64,000 nt of DNA. It comes from Octopus sinensis. Lineage: Eukaryota. The position numbers were made by a program, and so were the translations under genes. The notes beneath the pieces are model-generated. The model made no database searches and had not been told where the DNA came from. It saw only the letters and a list, made by a program, of their open reading frames with translations. Of this stretch, positions 48,381 to 61,789 are shown piece after piece. The stretch is taken from NCBI RefSeq assembly GCF_006345805.1, contig NC_043000.1, positions 144,646,001 through 144,710,000 of the forward strand. Direction: 5' to 3'. How positions within the stretch are numbered: the first letter of the stretch is position 1; the number at the start of each line of letters is the position of its first letter.

Positions 48381-49357
48381 GTATGTCTATTTTTCTCCTT
48401 ATGTTAATCTTGTTACTTATGATAATCTGATTACTTATGGAGTATTTTATATATCGTATTATGTGTAGAAATGTTGTTTTTTCTTTTGTATGTTTATGTA
48501 TGTGTGAATGTGTGTGCGTGTGCGGATTTGCTTGTTTTATCGAGTTTTGTACGTATGTATTTGTATGTGTGAGTGTGTATATGGTTATGTTTTGGGTGTT
48601 GTGTGTATATATGGTGTGTATTTGTGTGTATTGGTAAGGGGTTGTATCTTATATTTATACTTGTATGTATGGATTTTATTTATCATGATTATTTTAATAA
48701 GAATTTTGTATGTAGGTATGGGTGTGTATGTATGTGTGCGAGTGTACAAGTGTAAGTGTAGATGTGGGAGTGTATGAGTGCTATGTAATTGCGGTGTGAT
48801 TATTTATGCACTTGTATACATGTAAGTTTTGAATGTGCGTGTGATTGCACCCGTCGCGTGTACACACTCTTTTATATATATATTAATATATATATGAGTT
48901 TTCGTTTATCATGGTCGTTTTATTAAAGTTTGTTTGTATCGAGATTTGTACGTATGTATATGTATGTGTGAGTGTGTATATGGTTATGTTTGTGGGTGTG
49001 TGTATATATGTGTTGGTATTGTGTTAGGCGTTGTATAGTTATATTTATACTTGTATGTATGGATTTCATTTCCATTCATAATTTTTTTAAAACGTTTGAT
49101 ATCCACGTGCAAAGAATTGTTTCTTTTGAGTTTTATGTATGTGTGAATGTGTGTGTGATTGTTTGCGTAATTTATTCTCTGTATGGGTGTGGGTGTTTAT
49201 ATATTGGTATATATCGTGTTCGTATGTATGTGTATGTATATGTAGTTGTGAGCGCGGTATATGTATATTGTTTATGAATGAGTGTGTGTATGTGTGTGTG
49301 AGGAAGTATGAATAAGTAATTGTGTTGAGTGTATGAGCATGTGTGTGTTTATATAGT
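48381..49357. repeat. Right arm of ~1-kb inverted repeat
   Basis: Reverse complement of 44414-45426. Confidence 0.85.
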
Positions 49358-49627
49358 TTATTTTTGTCTTTTTGTTTTTGGTTTTTGTTTTCTGCTTGTT
49401 GTATTTTGGTTTTTGTACATTTTAAATATGAGAACTTTTATAATAGGTTTTTATATTCAATTGTTATAGGGTTTATTTTAGATTATTTTAGATTATATAT
49501 TGATTATATATAGATTATATATAGATTATATATTTTATTTTTATATTTTCATTGATAATTTTATTATTTTATATTTTAAATTATTTTAAATTATATTTTA
49601 AAATCTTGATATTTTTAGATCGGAAAT

Positions 49628-49672
49628 CCACCTGAAGATTGTCGGTAGCAGACATGAAAACAATTGTAGTGG
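49628..49672 (+). ncRNA. Near-canonical type I hammerhead motif
   Basis: CCAC-CUGAAGA-U-UGUC(GGUAGCA)GACA-U-GAAAAC-AAUU-GUA/GUGG, with palindrome ACAAUUGU. One extra A after GAAA and a U-U at the base of stem II. Confidence 0.6.
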
Positions 49673-49766
49673 CGGTTTTTGTTATTTAATTTATATAAAA
49701 ATTTTATGTATTGATTAGTCTTTCCTGTTTGGTTTTAAAATAGTGGTTTTGTCTCGAATTATATAT

Positions 49767-49835
<69 letters not shown>

Positions 49836-50039
49836 TATACATATATATATATATATACATATAAATACATATACAGACACACATATATATATATGAATAT
49901 ACATATACAACAGATGTATATATATGTATATATATAATATATATATATATATTTATATAAGTACGAATATGCATAATAACGCCACATACACGAAAGTATA
50001 GAAAGACGGACAGATTACTGGTGCGTCTCATAAATTTAA

Positions 50040-51280
50040 CGGCGGTAGGGTTGGTTCTGATGTCCTGATTGTCCCAATCAACGGTGACACAGATCTAGAA
50101 AATCACAAGAATCTTAAAGAGTGAGAAAAAAATATTTTGACAACATACCTACTTTATGACTCCAGAAATGGCCGAAATCATGGTCACAATCTCTCATAAT
50201 AAAACTCAGGGAGATGGAGACGGCCAACATCAAGCAATGCAATAACTGCGTAATTATCCATCCCAGCAACGTACAACTGAGAATGATTCTGAACAGCCGA
50301 AATCCCGAAACAGAAAGACTGACAGGAAAACAAGCAGGCTTCATTAAAAACAGATGCAATATTGATCAAACATTCAGTTTCAAATATTTGGAGAAAGTTA
50401 CCTAGAATGTCAAAGAGAATTATACCATGACTTCTTCGATTTAAAAACAAAAAAGAAAAAAGAAAAAATCTTCAGCTTGGTTTGAACGGAGCAATATGGG
50501 CCACAAAACAAATTGAATTATGACAGTCCAAAATTGGGTGAGGTCGTCAGACAGCTATACGGAAAATCTGCTAGCGATGTTTACTATGATGGAACAATCG
50601 CCAAAAGATATCAAAAAACAGTAGGAGTACGTCAAGGATTTATACTCTCCCTCCTGGAACAGATCAATTCGGATCCACTCGAAGAACATGAAGCACAAAT
50701 GTTTTTGGAAGAATTTCGTATTCTAACCTCTTATTCTAACCTCTTATTCTAACCTCTTATGAAAAAGCTTGAGCGAGTAGCAAAGGCCTTCAGCATAGAC
50801 GTTAGTGCAGAAGAAACCAGAAACATGACCAACAGTAAGACAGAATGTACTACGGATGACATCATATTTAACATACAAGCGCTAGAAACTGCCAATAAGT
50901 TCAAATACATACGAGCTATTTTTAGCGACAAAGGATTCACGCAAGAAATATTTGCACTTGCAAAACGCAGGCTACTCTGGAAAAGTAGGATAAATAGGGA
51001 TTGCAGAAAAGTCAGACTGATGCGATCATTCCTGATTTCCATCTTTTTTTTAATCCTGGAAGATGATAGCCTTAAGCGTGGAGCTGAAAATAAAGTAAGT
51101 TCAGTTGAGATGAGAAACTGCAAATGAGACACGTGGCGAATAATGAAGTCACGATGAAATTAAACGAGTCTATTGAACCAAACAGACACCAGCTGACTTG
51201 AATAGGGCAATGTCCGTGTCAAAAGAAAGTTTTATCTAGCAGAGAAATAATGCAGGGCATAGTGGTAGGTCGACCAAAGC
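50040..51280 (+). mobile_element. Degenerate RTE-clade LINE RT fragment
   Basis: LTGKQAGF, VRQLY, KTVGVRQGFILS and NKFKYI. Many indels, plus a 13-bp triple tandem (TATTCTAACCTCT) at ~50718-50760. Confidence 0.7.
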
Positions 51281-51311
51281 GATGGAAACCAACGAAGAAA
51301 TGGATTCATAT

Positions 51312-51727
51312 CTATTTCTTTACTACCTACAAGGGGCTAAACACAGAGAGGACAAGCAAAGACAGAGAAACCGATTAAGTCAATTATATCGACCCCAGTG
51401 CGTAAGTGATACTTATTTAATCGACTCGGAAAGCATGAAAGGCAAAGTCGACCTCGGCGGAATTGGAACTCAGAACGTAACGCCGGACGAAATACCTATT
51501 TCTTTACTACCAACAAGGGGCTAAACACTGTGAGGACAAACAAGGACAGACAAACGGATAAATTCGATTATATCGACCCCAGTGCGTAACTGGTACTTAT
51601 TTAATCGACCGCGAAATGATGAAAGGCAGTCGACCTCGGCGGAATTTGAACTCAGAACGTAACGGCAGACGAAATATCGCTACGCATTTGGCCCGGTGTG
51701 CTAACGTTTCTGCCAGCTAACTGCCTT
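51312..51727 (-). mobile_element. Dimeric tRNA-derived SINE (full monomer 51496-51727 + headless monomer 51312-51495)
   Basis: Two colinear copies joined at ...GACGAAATAC/CTATTTCTTTACTAC... Confidence 0.85.
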
Positions 51728-52539
51728 ATTTGCCCGGCGTGCTAACGAAAAGACGGATTTATATCATGAAAGACAGCACAAGCCACGCATTCACCGAGTT
51801 ACAGAGTGCTGCATAAAGCAAAAAAAAGTTACAAAATCTGGTCCAAACTCAACGACCACACGCTAAAGACTAAGAAAGCACACACGCACACTCATACGCC
51901 TTCACTCTCGCACACGAGCACATAGATACGTGAACACACTCGCACAAACATACACACATTCGTATGCACACACACATATAGTAATCCTAACAAGGATGCT
52001 TCTATAGTTATATATAAATGTTGTAGTAATTATATAAACTTTGGAAGGTACAAATGATTTCAAACATTGTCACACAATGAAATATGTTCATTTAATTGTT
52101 TGTGATACACAGGCGTATATTTAACATTGACGTTGTTACTGAAATTCATTAAAAATACAGAAGCGAAGTGATTCGGAAGTATTTATATTAGATGTAGGAT
52201 GAACGTACACATAAACCAAGTTTTGATGACGATTTTTAAAACTTTGGTTTTTACCTCTATTTTTCTTCTTTTCCTTCGGTATATTGTTTCGGCAACGACG
52301 GACATCTACTACCAACACTTAAATATATTCATGTAACATTTAGACATATTTCCAAATAATTTTTGCTACCAAGTTAAAACACATTATATTTGCAATATTA
52401 AGCACTACTTACGACTTGTGTCCATAAAATGGATTTGAGTACACCTCCATTTCATGGAAGATGGTTTATGTCCCTATAATCTGTGTTAATTTTGTAACCC
52501 TTTAAAATGGAAGATAAGAAATTTTCCACTTAGTAAAGT

Positions 52540-52787
52540 CTCTGCAGAATATTCTTAATGGTACAAATTTCAATTCCTTGGTTGACGTAAAATGATACCT
52601 TTATGAATTATTTGCCTTGAAACCACCCCAATTCTGGAAAGAGGGTATTTTCAAGTTAAAGGAAAAATGGAGGCGCATTGTGCAACAGAATGGTTCATAT
52701 TTGGTTGATTAAAGATGTAATGAGAACTATTTATTTATTTTCTTCTTTCCTTTAAAAATCAGCAGGGACTTTCTGGACAACCCAATA
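52540..52787 (+). mobile_element. mariner transposon 3' end
   Basis: QFWKEGIFKLKEKWRRIVQQNGSYLVD* followed by a TIR-like GGGACTTTCTGGACAACCCAATA. Confidence 0.75.
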
Positions 52788-54875
52788 TAATATCAAATTA
52801 AAGAGTTAGCCGAAATCAATATATGAAATTAAAATATCTACTGCGATATGAACCGTATATTTTTCGATATAGTTTTTCCAAGAAGCATACTTACACGATA
52901 TTACACGATGCAACTTTGTCACTACAATATACGTTTGTAACAATAATTCCTACACTAAAATAATACGCTATGCGATACCGATAAATAAATGCTTCATTTT
53001 GTTATGACTCGTTAGAGTATTCTTACAAATTGCATTTGAGGTAAACTTTTAGTTTTACACATAACACATGATAAACTTAATATATGTGAAAGGAAATTCA
53101 CGTTGTATTTTAGTTGAATCCATTTAATAATATCATTCCTTATTGGTAATTTTTGAAATTATGCCAAATGCCTTTATACATTATACGATTTCATACACAC
53201 ACACACACACATATGAAAATCTGTAAAATATATGAAAATCTGTGAAGAGTGTCTCTATAAATTGATTTACTAATAAATTCAATGGATGCTGAGTCTCATA
53301 GTGTATGATGGTTTGCTAAAGATGCCTATTTACCTTGGACCTGTTTGACAAATCATCTCACATCTTTCAGTCAAAACATGAATATCTTATTGAAATAAAC
53401 TAAGCGGTTTACGTTATAACTGTACTTTAAAAACCTATCAGTATTTTAAAAAATAGATGATAATGAAATTTATACGCTCCTATATAGGGCTGTAAATATG
53501 GCCAGCATAGTAAATATAACTGCGGTAGTCTTAATGTAGAGTTTCTGTTAGGTTACCGATATTGTACGTAAGGTGGGGCATGTCATATTTCGCCTCGGGT
53601 CTGTGAAATTATTTGTTGATATATATTTAGAGCAAAAATACATAGCCTAACAAATAATAACTAATAAATCATATTTGATATCAAGCAGTACAATGAAGGT
53701 AATCAAGTAATTCCTACTCATAATTTACAATAATCTTAATGATAGCTGAATGGACGGGAAAGGTTTGCATAATTGGAATCCTTACCAGAACCTTGCAGTT
53801 TCTTGTAACTTAGATCCATTACAACTTACAACTAATTTAATATAACATTTGAAACCGGAAATTGCATAGTGAAAATCCTATCCTAAGATATTTGCTTTCA
53901 ATTATATGGCATCTCTCCCATATCTTATCTGTTTACCAACGTAAAATTGGCGAGAAATTATATAAAATATTTCACTATGTAATTTCCTAATATATGAAGT
54001 TTGAAAGTTAGATTACACATAATTGCAAACACAAAGTTTGGTGCATACATACCTAACCGGAATACACGTAAATAACATTATATATATATATATATGTATA
54101 TGCATACAAACATTTAAATACGCACACAGGCATGAGTGTGTGTTAGTGTAATATGCATGAAAATATACATGTATATGTGCATATTTATAGATTACATTCA
54201 CCCGCATTGACACATGTATAAGTATATATGTGTGTGAGTGTGTGCGTGTATACATACATAGAAGTATGTACACACGTACACACACAATCGCAATCAGACA
54301 CACACGTGTCTGTAAGAGTGTGTGCTCTTCGCCTCGATTCTCGGCGCTTATATAGTGTTACTACGTTCTCCAAATAAGTCGCTTTAAATTATATTGCTTA
54401 TGCAAATATTGCAAGAACAATTCATCTGTCACATATTCCACTCGGTAAATATTCTCTGACTATATGAAATCAAATTAGATATCTCATTTCTGAAGGGATT
54501 TGAATTAAATCCCACGACTTTTAGCCATCTGGAATTAAGTTATTGAAATGGAATTGTCGCCAATCCTGCAATATTTGCCAATTTAAGAAGACCATTATGG
54601 TATTTTCACTACTATTATGTAAAACTAGATATTAAATTGATTTACAGACATGTGGACGCAGGTGGAGTATTGTATGAGCACGTGCAATATATACCTATAA
54701 ATATAAGTTTTTCCCACATTTTCCCTCAACGTTTACCCATGTCTCATTATACATACCCTGTCAACAGGGTTAAAGACAGAGTCAAGAATGCACACACACA
54801 TATTTACACATATACACATATACACATAAACGGATATATTACATACATACATGGTAATATATGAGAGACAGAGAC

Positions 54876-54910
<35 letters not shown>

Positions 54911-55060
54911 TTATGTATGTATGTATATATATATATATATTTATGTATGTATGTATATATATATATATTATATATATGTGTGTGTGTGCTTATATATACA
55001 TGTGTATATATCTATCTAGCTATATTCTTCTCTCTCCATTACATTTTCTCTCTCTCTTCT

Positions 55061-55097
<37 letters not shown>

Positions 55098-55829
55098 TTA
55101 ATGCATGCATATATATATTTATACGCATTACATTAAAATCTACAGATTTGCGCATACATAACATAGTATGTTAGAAGTTAAATTAAGTGACATGTATGAC
55201 GTAGAAGTATTGCAAAATAATAAGATTGAAACCTGAAGTTAAATGAAATAACATTTATCTATTGAGTTATATATTTAAATACTATTTTTTTCAAATTTTT
55301 TTTTGCGTACACTAAATATATCCTCACACAGAAATGTTCGCACAGACAAACCCATACTTATGCATATATATAAATATCTTTGTATCAATTTTTCGATTCT
55401 CTTTTGTCTTGCTTGCATAATGTTAATACGTTATGTGAATAAGTCTCTTCAGTTATTACGTAAAAATGATACGAAAGCAACACTTGCCATGCTTCAGTGG
55501 TATATTCATTACATAAATATATTTGATTCTGTTTCCATGTTTTGTTCAGAGTGCGATGTTACAAGAATGGACATGACTAATGCAACCTCAATACACCTCG
55601 TGTAGGTATGACGCATTGTGTTTTGTGAGTCGTGGACTCTTTTACCAATAAAAAAAAAATGAAAATTCTTCTGTATAAAATTCGAGAAGGTGGGATATGT
55701 ACATAGCGAATTTATTTTATGACAATATGGAGAAATGCTTACTTACACACACACACACACATATAAATCTATATATCTATCTATCTATCTATCTATCTAT
55801 CTGTCTGTCTGTCTGTCACCCTCTCTCTT

Positions 55830-55875
<46 letters not shown>

Positions 55876-55899
55876 TATACATACGTATATATATATATA

Positions 55900-55941
<42 letters not shown>

Positions 55942-55958
55942 CATATATATATATATAT

Positions 55959-56004
<46 letters not shown>

Positions 56005-56115
56005 ACAATTGAGGGTAAAATTAATTAATTAATCAATTTCACCAAGTATTCAGTATGCAAAGGGACCATTTAAGGCGAATTCTTTCAGTGTTTTCAAATC
56101 CAAACCAAGGAGTTC

Positions 56116-56167
56116 TGAGCTGATGATAGAAGTGTCGAGTTGACTAATCTTGAAACGTACGTTCTCA
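56116..56167 (+). ncRNA. Type I hammerhead motif in a short TA-flanked element (~56003-56345)
   Basis: UGAG-CUGAUGA-U-AGA...UCU-U-GAAAC-GUAC-GUU/CUCA, with palindrome AACGUACGUU and a weak stem II. Confidence 0.55.
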
Positions 56168-56349
56168 AATAACCTTTGCATTTGATTTTTTAATGTCTTT
56201 ACCCCATACTTCGTGAGTTGAATTGAGCAAACACTATATGAGAGAGGGTTTCTTAAGTATTAGAAATAGTTTAAAAAAGTTTTTTTAGCTGCTATTTCTA
56301 ATGAGTTCAGTATGCGGCAAAGTAATATTTTACTAAGCCCTTTTATATA

Positions 56350-56394
<45 letters not shown>

Positions 56395-56646
56395 TATATA
56401 TATATATATATATATATATATCAATTAATAAATATCAGGGTAGCAAAAAATTCAAGAGAAATTTCTCGCCACCAGCGGTCCAGTGAGAAAGAAAAAATAG
56501 TCAACAGACTATATAATATACATTCAACAATATTAAGGAATGGCCTTGATAGGCCATTAGACCCACTAGAAAGAGCAGCTAAGCTCAAACCGCTAAATAG
56601 TTGTAATTCAGACACCAAAGGAAAATAAAAACATTTACCCTTATCA

Positions 56647-56744
56647 TCTTTGGACTATGCATAGTTTCGACATACATATTGGCAAACCGATTTAATTAAA
56701 TTAAATTAAATCTATTTACCACTGGCCTGTCTCGTCAGCAAAGA
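56647..56744 (-). ncRNA. Canonical type I hammerhead ribozyme with long stem II
   Basis: UCUUUG-CUGACGA-GACA[~57 nt]UGUC-GAAAC-UAUGCAUA-GUC/CAAAGA: 6-bp stem I; stem III folds as ACUA/UAGU with a tetraloop. Predicted cut between 56653 and 56652. Confidence 0.88.
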
Positions 56745-57780
56745 AGCCAGGGAAATATATATCCACGAGGCGACAGCATCGACGCCTCGAGAATATATAT
56801 TCTAAATTTTCAAAATCTACCGTCACCGCGCAAACTTCTCAGCAGCAAATATAAACTGCTGATTTAATTTCAGAATTAGCCAAAAAAATCATTAATTAAT
56901 CATATATATATATGTATATGTATATGTCACTTTATCCCTCTATCTCTCTTTCTCTAAACATGACCCATAAATAGTTTTCTTAATTCAGAAGAAATAAGCA
57001 AAGATAGGAACCTTTCTTTTTATCTTTTAATTTATTTTTTTTGCTTAAGATTCACTTTTATAACCATTCTGTCATTATAAATAGTGGAAATTCTATTTAA
57101 TATCCTTCTTATGTGTTTTATTCAGCCCATTAACTAATTATCTAATAAAATAACGATTACACGGTTAATATTTTGATAAAGCAATCGCGGTTAGTTTGTT
57201 AGAGTCACCAGTACCGAACATAGGAACGTAACTGTGTAACTATTGCGAACGCTTTCTTGGGTTAAGGCTGCTACATAATACCGAAAGAGAATACACTGTT
57301 TTCATATGACATTAATAGCAAGTTTTTATTATGAATAAGGTTTTTTTTCCTGTGAACAAGTTTGTGTTATATTTTCAGATTTCGTCCTTACATCCGTATG
57401 CACATTTGAGAGAGGGAATGCTCTTGCGTGAATCCATATACGTATACATATACATGCATACGCTATATTCGTATATATATATATTATTATATAAAGTACA
57501 TATATTTATACACACTTGCAAGTAAAAAAACGCACACACACTCACACATGACAAACAGATATATTATCAGGATAATCCCATAGCAGGACAGTTGCAGTTC
57601 CATATGTCACAAGGTTTATAGGATAGAACAAATTTGTCTCATGATCACAGATCACAGTCGCGGAATTTTCAGGCACGTGTCAAAATCGATGCTCTAATTT
57701 TAATATCACAAAATGACCATCCCCAGAATGAGTAGCGTATATATATGCATACACAGGTGCATACACAAACGCACACATTC

Positions 57781-57822
<42 letters not shown>

Positions 57823-57826
57823 TATA

Positions 57827-57864
<38 letters not shown>

Positions 57865-57896
57865 CGAATGCGTGCGTTTGTGTATGCTCGTGTGTA

Positions 57897-57940
<44 letters not shown>

Positions 57941-57973
57941 CACACATATACATAATCCACATATATATACAAC

Positions 57974-58004
<31 letters not shown>

Positions 58005-58731
58005 AAGAGAGAAAAATCTATATGCATATATATGCATGCATGTATGCTTAGGAAATACTTAAAGATATGTGTGCAATAATTTTAGCCAGTTTCCCTATCG
58101 TCTTTTCATTATCCAAAAAGTGATTGCGTGAATTATCTATAATTAAGGTAATATCCCACTTGTCCCTTATTATTATAAATACTTAACGTAATTATCATTT
58201 TCTTTAACGTAGTTATCGCAATTACGTGTATGGCAAGTCTTTTATCTGAGGACATTTGCAGAATTCACAACTTCGAAGTCCAGAAACGATATTAAATATT
58301 CAATATTTGTGTGACTTGAAACTGTGACCAGGTCAATATACGCCCTGCATCTAAAATTCCGCGCTTACACACCTATGAATAAAGCTTTTTCTGTAATGAT
58401 TTTTTTGTTATTGCTTTCGTTTTTGTTGGCTGGAATGAGACGTATTTTCGGATGCTCATAGCTGGTTAGATATCAATGGTATTATTTGCTATATAGCTGC
58501 CTGTCGTGTATCACGTCATCTTTTTGTTCATTCTCTTTGATACCTAGAATGATACCTAGAATATGTAATTGATAAAGCAGTCCTCTATGTTTAACTTCTA
58601 TGATATAAAGATTTTTTAATGCCATACCCTGCATCATGTCATAATAAGTTTTGCTCCAGTATTTAAGAAATGTTAAATATTGTTAGCGCAGTGAATTCAC
58701 TGTATATTTCACAATAATTTGATTGTGTTTC

Positions 58732-59144
58732 TTATTTCTTTATTGCCCACAAGGGGCTAAACATAGAGGGACAAACAAGGGACAAAGGAATTAAGTCGAT
58801 TATATCGATCCCAGTGCGTAACTGGTATTTAATTTATGGACCCCGATAGGATGAAAGGCAAAGTCGACCTAGGCGGAATTTGAACTCAGAACGTAATGGC
58901 AGACGAAATACCTATTTATTTACTACCCACAAGGGGCTAAACACAGAGGGGCAAACACGGACAAACAAACGGATTAAGTCGATTGTATCGACACCGGTGG
59001 GTAACTGGTACTTAATTTATCGACCCTGAAAGGAGGAAAGGCAAAGTCGACCTCGGGGGAATTTGAACTCAGAAGGTTGCAGCAGACGAAATACCGCTAA
59101 GCATTTCGCCCGGTGTACTAACGTTTCTGTCAGCTCGCTGCCTT
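58732..59144 (-). mobile_element. Dimeric tRNA-derived SINE (same architecture as 51312-51727)
   Basis: Full monomer ~58911-59144 plus a headless monomer, with junction GACGAAATAC/CTATTTATTTACTAC. Confidence 0.85.
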
Positions 59145-60701
59145 GATAATTAGATAGTGTTTCTACATCAGCAGTGAATCATTTTACATATAATCTTTGC
59201 ACTGATCATCCCCTACTCATACACATATACATACGCAAATCTATGTATATACACACATAAACATTCATGCATATGCGTGATTCTTAAAAAAATGTCTCCA
59301 GTATTTTAGTTTTTGGTGAGAAATGTTCTTCTTTCATAAATATACACGGTAATTTCCCAGAGTAGCTTTGACATATTAAGCTGTTGACATTTTACAGATA
59401 AGTGAAACATATCTAAAAATAGAACTTTTGTTTTTTGGCTTCATTTTCGTAGAGGTATCTTAATGTAACAACAATCTCATTTACGACTACTTATACGGGG
59501 AAAAAATTATCGTCGTCACTTGCTTGGCAATTTATTTTATCGAGCCAGAAACGATAGAAGGTAATGCTGACTTCGCAAATGCTACAATTAAATATTGTGT
59601 ATTACTTTCATAGTCGTTCAACCGACGAAGGCAATTTAAACATCATTTCCCCGATTTGTTCAAATCAGTGCTACGATATGAAACTGCAATGTTAGAAAAT
59701 GAGAAAGCAAAATTTTATACACCAATGTTAGTCGGGGCTTAAGCAATCCCTCATAGCGTACAGAGAAATATGTGACGATGCTTCACCGAAATTCTTATAC
59801 TCATAGATATGTCACCCATATTTCATTGAAATAACACTAATGAATTACACATTGGATAAAGAATACTGTGTGTATAGTAGATCAAAAATAGCTGCAAAAT
59901 CAGGGTTATAATGCGGGAGATTATGCAAACACATAGTGAGAACAAAAAAGGAGGCAAAGCAACAAATGCAAGGTCATCATACGATAATCTTTTTTGCGTT
60001 ATCTCTATATATAATAATCATATTAAATATGGTACATCTTTTTAAAATTAATGTTTATACTTGTGAGAAGTAACTAGCCCCTATATTAAGTAATCTAGTG
60101 TATACATTAATGTGAAATTAATAAAATATACCGGTTACAGAGTATTCATTTCAATAGTTACTGAAAACACTCTTCTCTAACTATTGCACTAGAAAACCTG
60201 CTCCAATAAATATCTAATTCAGATAAGTCGAATCATATAAGAAAACTGAAATGGATCATGAATAAAATCACTGCATGTCTGTTTAAATTCATTTCATTGA
60301 AAAGCTTTATCTGTTTTTCTTCTAAACAACTAAGACTAATAATTATGTTTATCTACATAGAAATGTGTATTGCCTTGAAACTCCAAAATAAATATCAATA
60401 TTTATTGAATCCGACGACAGAACATTGGCATGCAAAGATGATAAGAAAACGTTTTGCACAATATGACTGATTTTAAATCCAGTAAAATATCAAGATAAAA
60501 TTGTTTAACTCATTATCTTCAATCGTTCAAATATTTATTTCTGTATCAACTCATGTAACACCATTATTATTCACCACGCTTGGAGGATAGTTTTAGTGTC
60601 TTATATATACATACATACAGAGAGAGGGAGAGAGAGAAAAATATGGACACACCACAAACACACATATATGTATATATACATCCATATATACATACATATA
60701 T

Positions 60702-60752
<51 letters not shown>

Positions 60753-61789
60753 TATATATATACACATATATATATATATACACACACATATATATATATA
60801 TATATATGTATACTTATTTACTTACGTGGATGGATGGATGGATGGATGTGTGGCTGCATGAATGTATATGGATATGTGTATATGTAAGTGCAAACTTCTT
60901 GAATGTACAGAATAATACTGTATGAGATTCTGGCAAATATTTCAACATAAACGACGTAAAGCGTTATTTACTGTACGCACCAATGTTATGCGAATAATCT
61001 ATTCAAAGACGTCTATTGAAAGTTTAATCAATTATATAATTCAATTGAAAAGTATGTCTCACCATTATCGGCTTACATGCTTTCAACTTCAAATGCACAT
61101 GATTAAAACGTTCTTTAAACCAAACAATAAAATAAAATAAAAACCGAAGTGTGTGCTTTTATTTCTAATAATCTAAATTGTGCTGCTGTAATTTCTAGAG
61201 CATTTTGTAGACATGCAAAAAAATATATAATGGTCTGTTCAGACGAATTGTTTAACATGTAAAACAAATGGCAATACTCTTGTCTTCCTGTTTCATTAAT
61301 GTGCAGTGTTGATGTCTAAAATAACCAGTTGCATATACATTTATAACAAGTCTGCGCCTTTCAAATCGGTATAATGTTATTGTCAGATTGTTATTCTCGA
61401 AATATATTAAAATCCAGAGTGTCTTAGTTCGATATAAAGCGAGGCATTGAATATAAGAAAATATGGATTTTCAAGTACTTTTGCAGTGTGCCTATGTACC
61501 CACTAAAACCACAATCCCAACCACACTTATATTAATACTCGAAAATTAATGGATTAACGTACATTAAAACATTGATACAGAACATCATACTTATAATTAT
61601 TTTCGGATTTCAGATTCCGTATTGACATATTATCAATCTCAGGCAAGGAAGTTTTAAAAGAAAACAGTTATGAGTGTTTGCTTCGCAAATTTGCGGGCGA
61701 TAATGCAGTTCTATACTTTTATTATGAATATAGTTCTATAAAGGACTTTTAAAATATGTCACTGGTTTCATTGGGGTAAGAAAAAAAGA

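Noticed and set aside
44414-49357. CRISPR-like or satellite interpretation of the sub-repeats, and a DNA-transposon TIR interpretation of the arms
   Set aside because: There is no regular repeat-spacer pattern or cas gene, and the enclosed ORF is a PLE reverse transcriptase rather than a transposase.
55547-55605. Strong acceptor followed by a short segment and GTATGA
   Set aside because: Stops occur in all three frames before the best donor.
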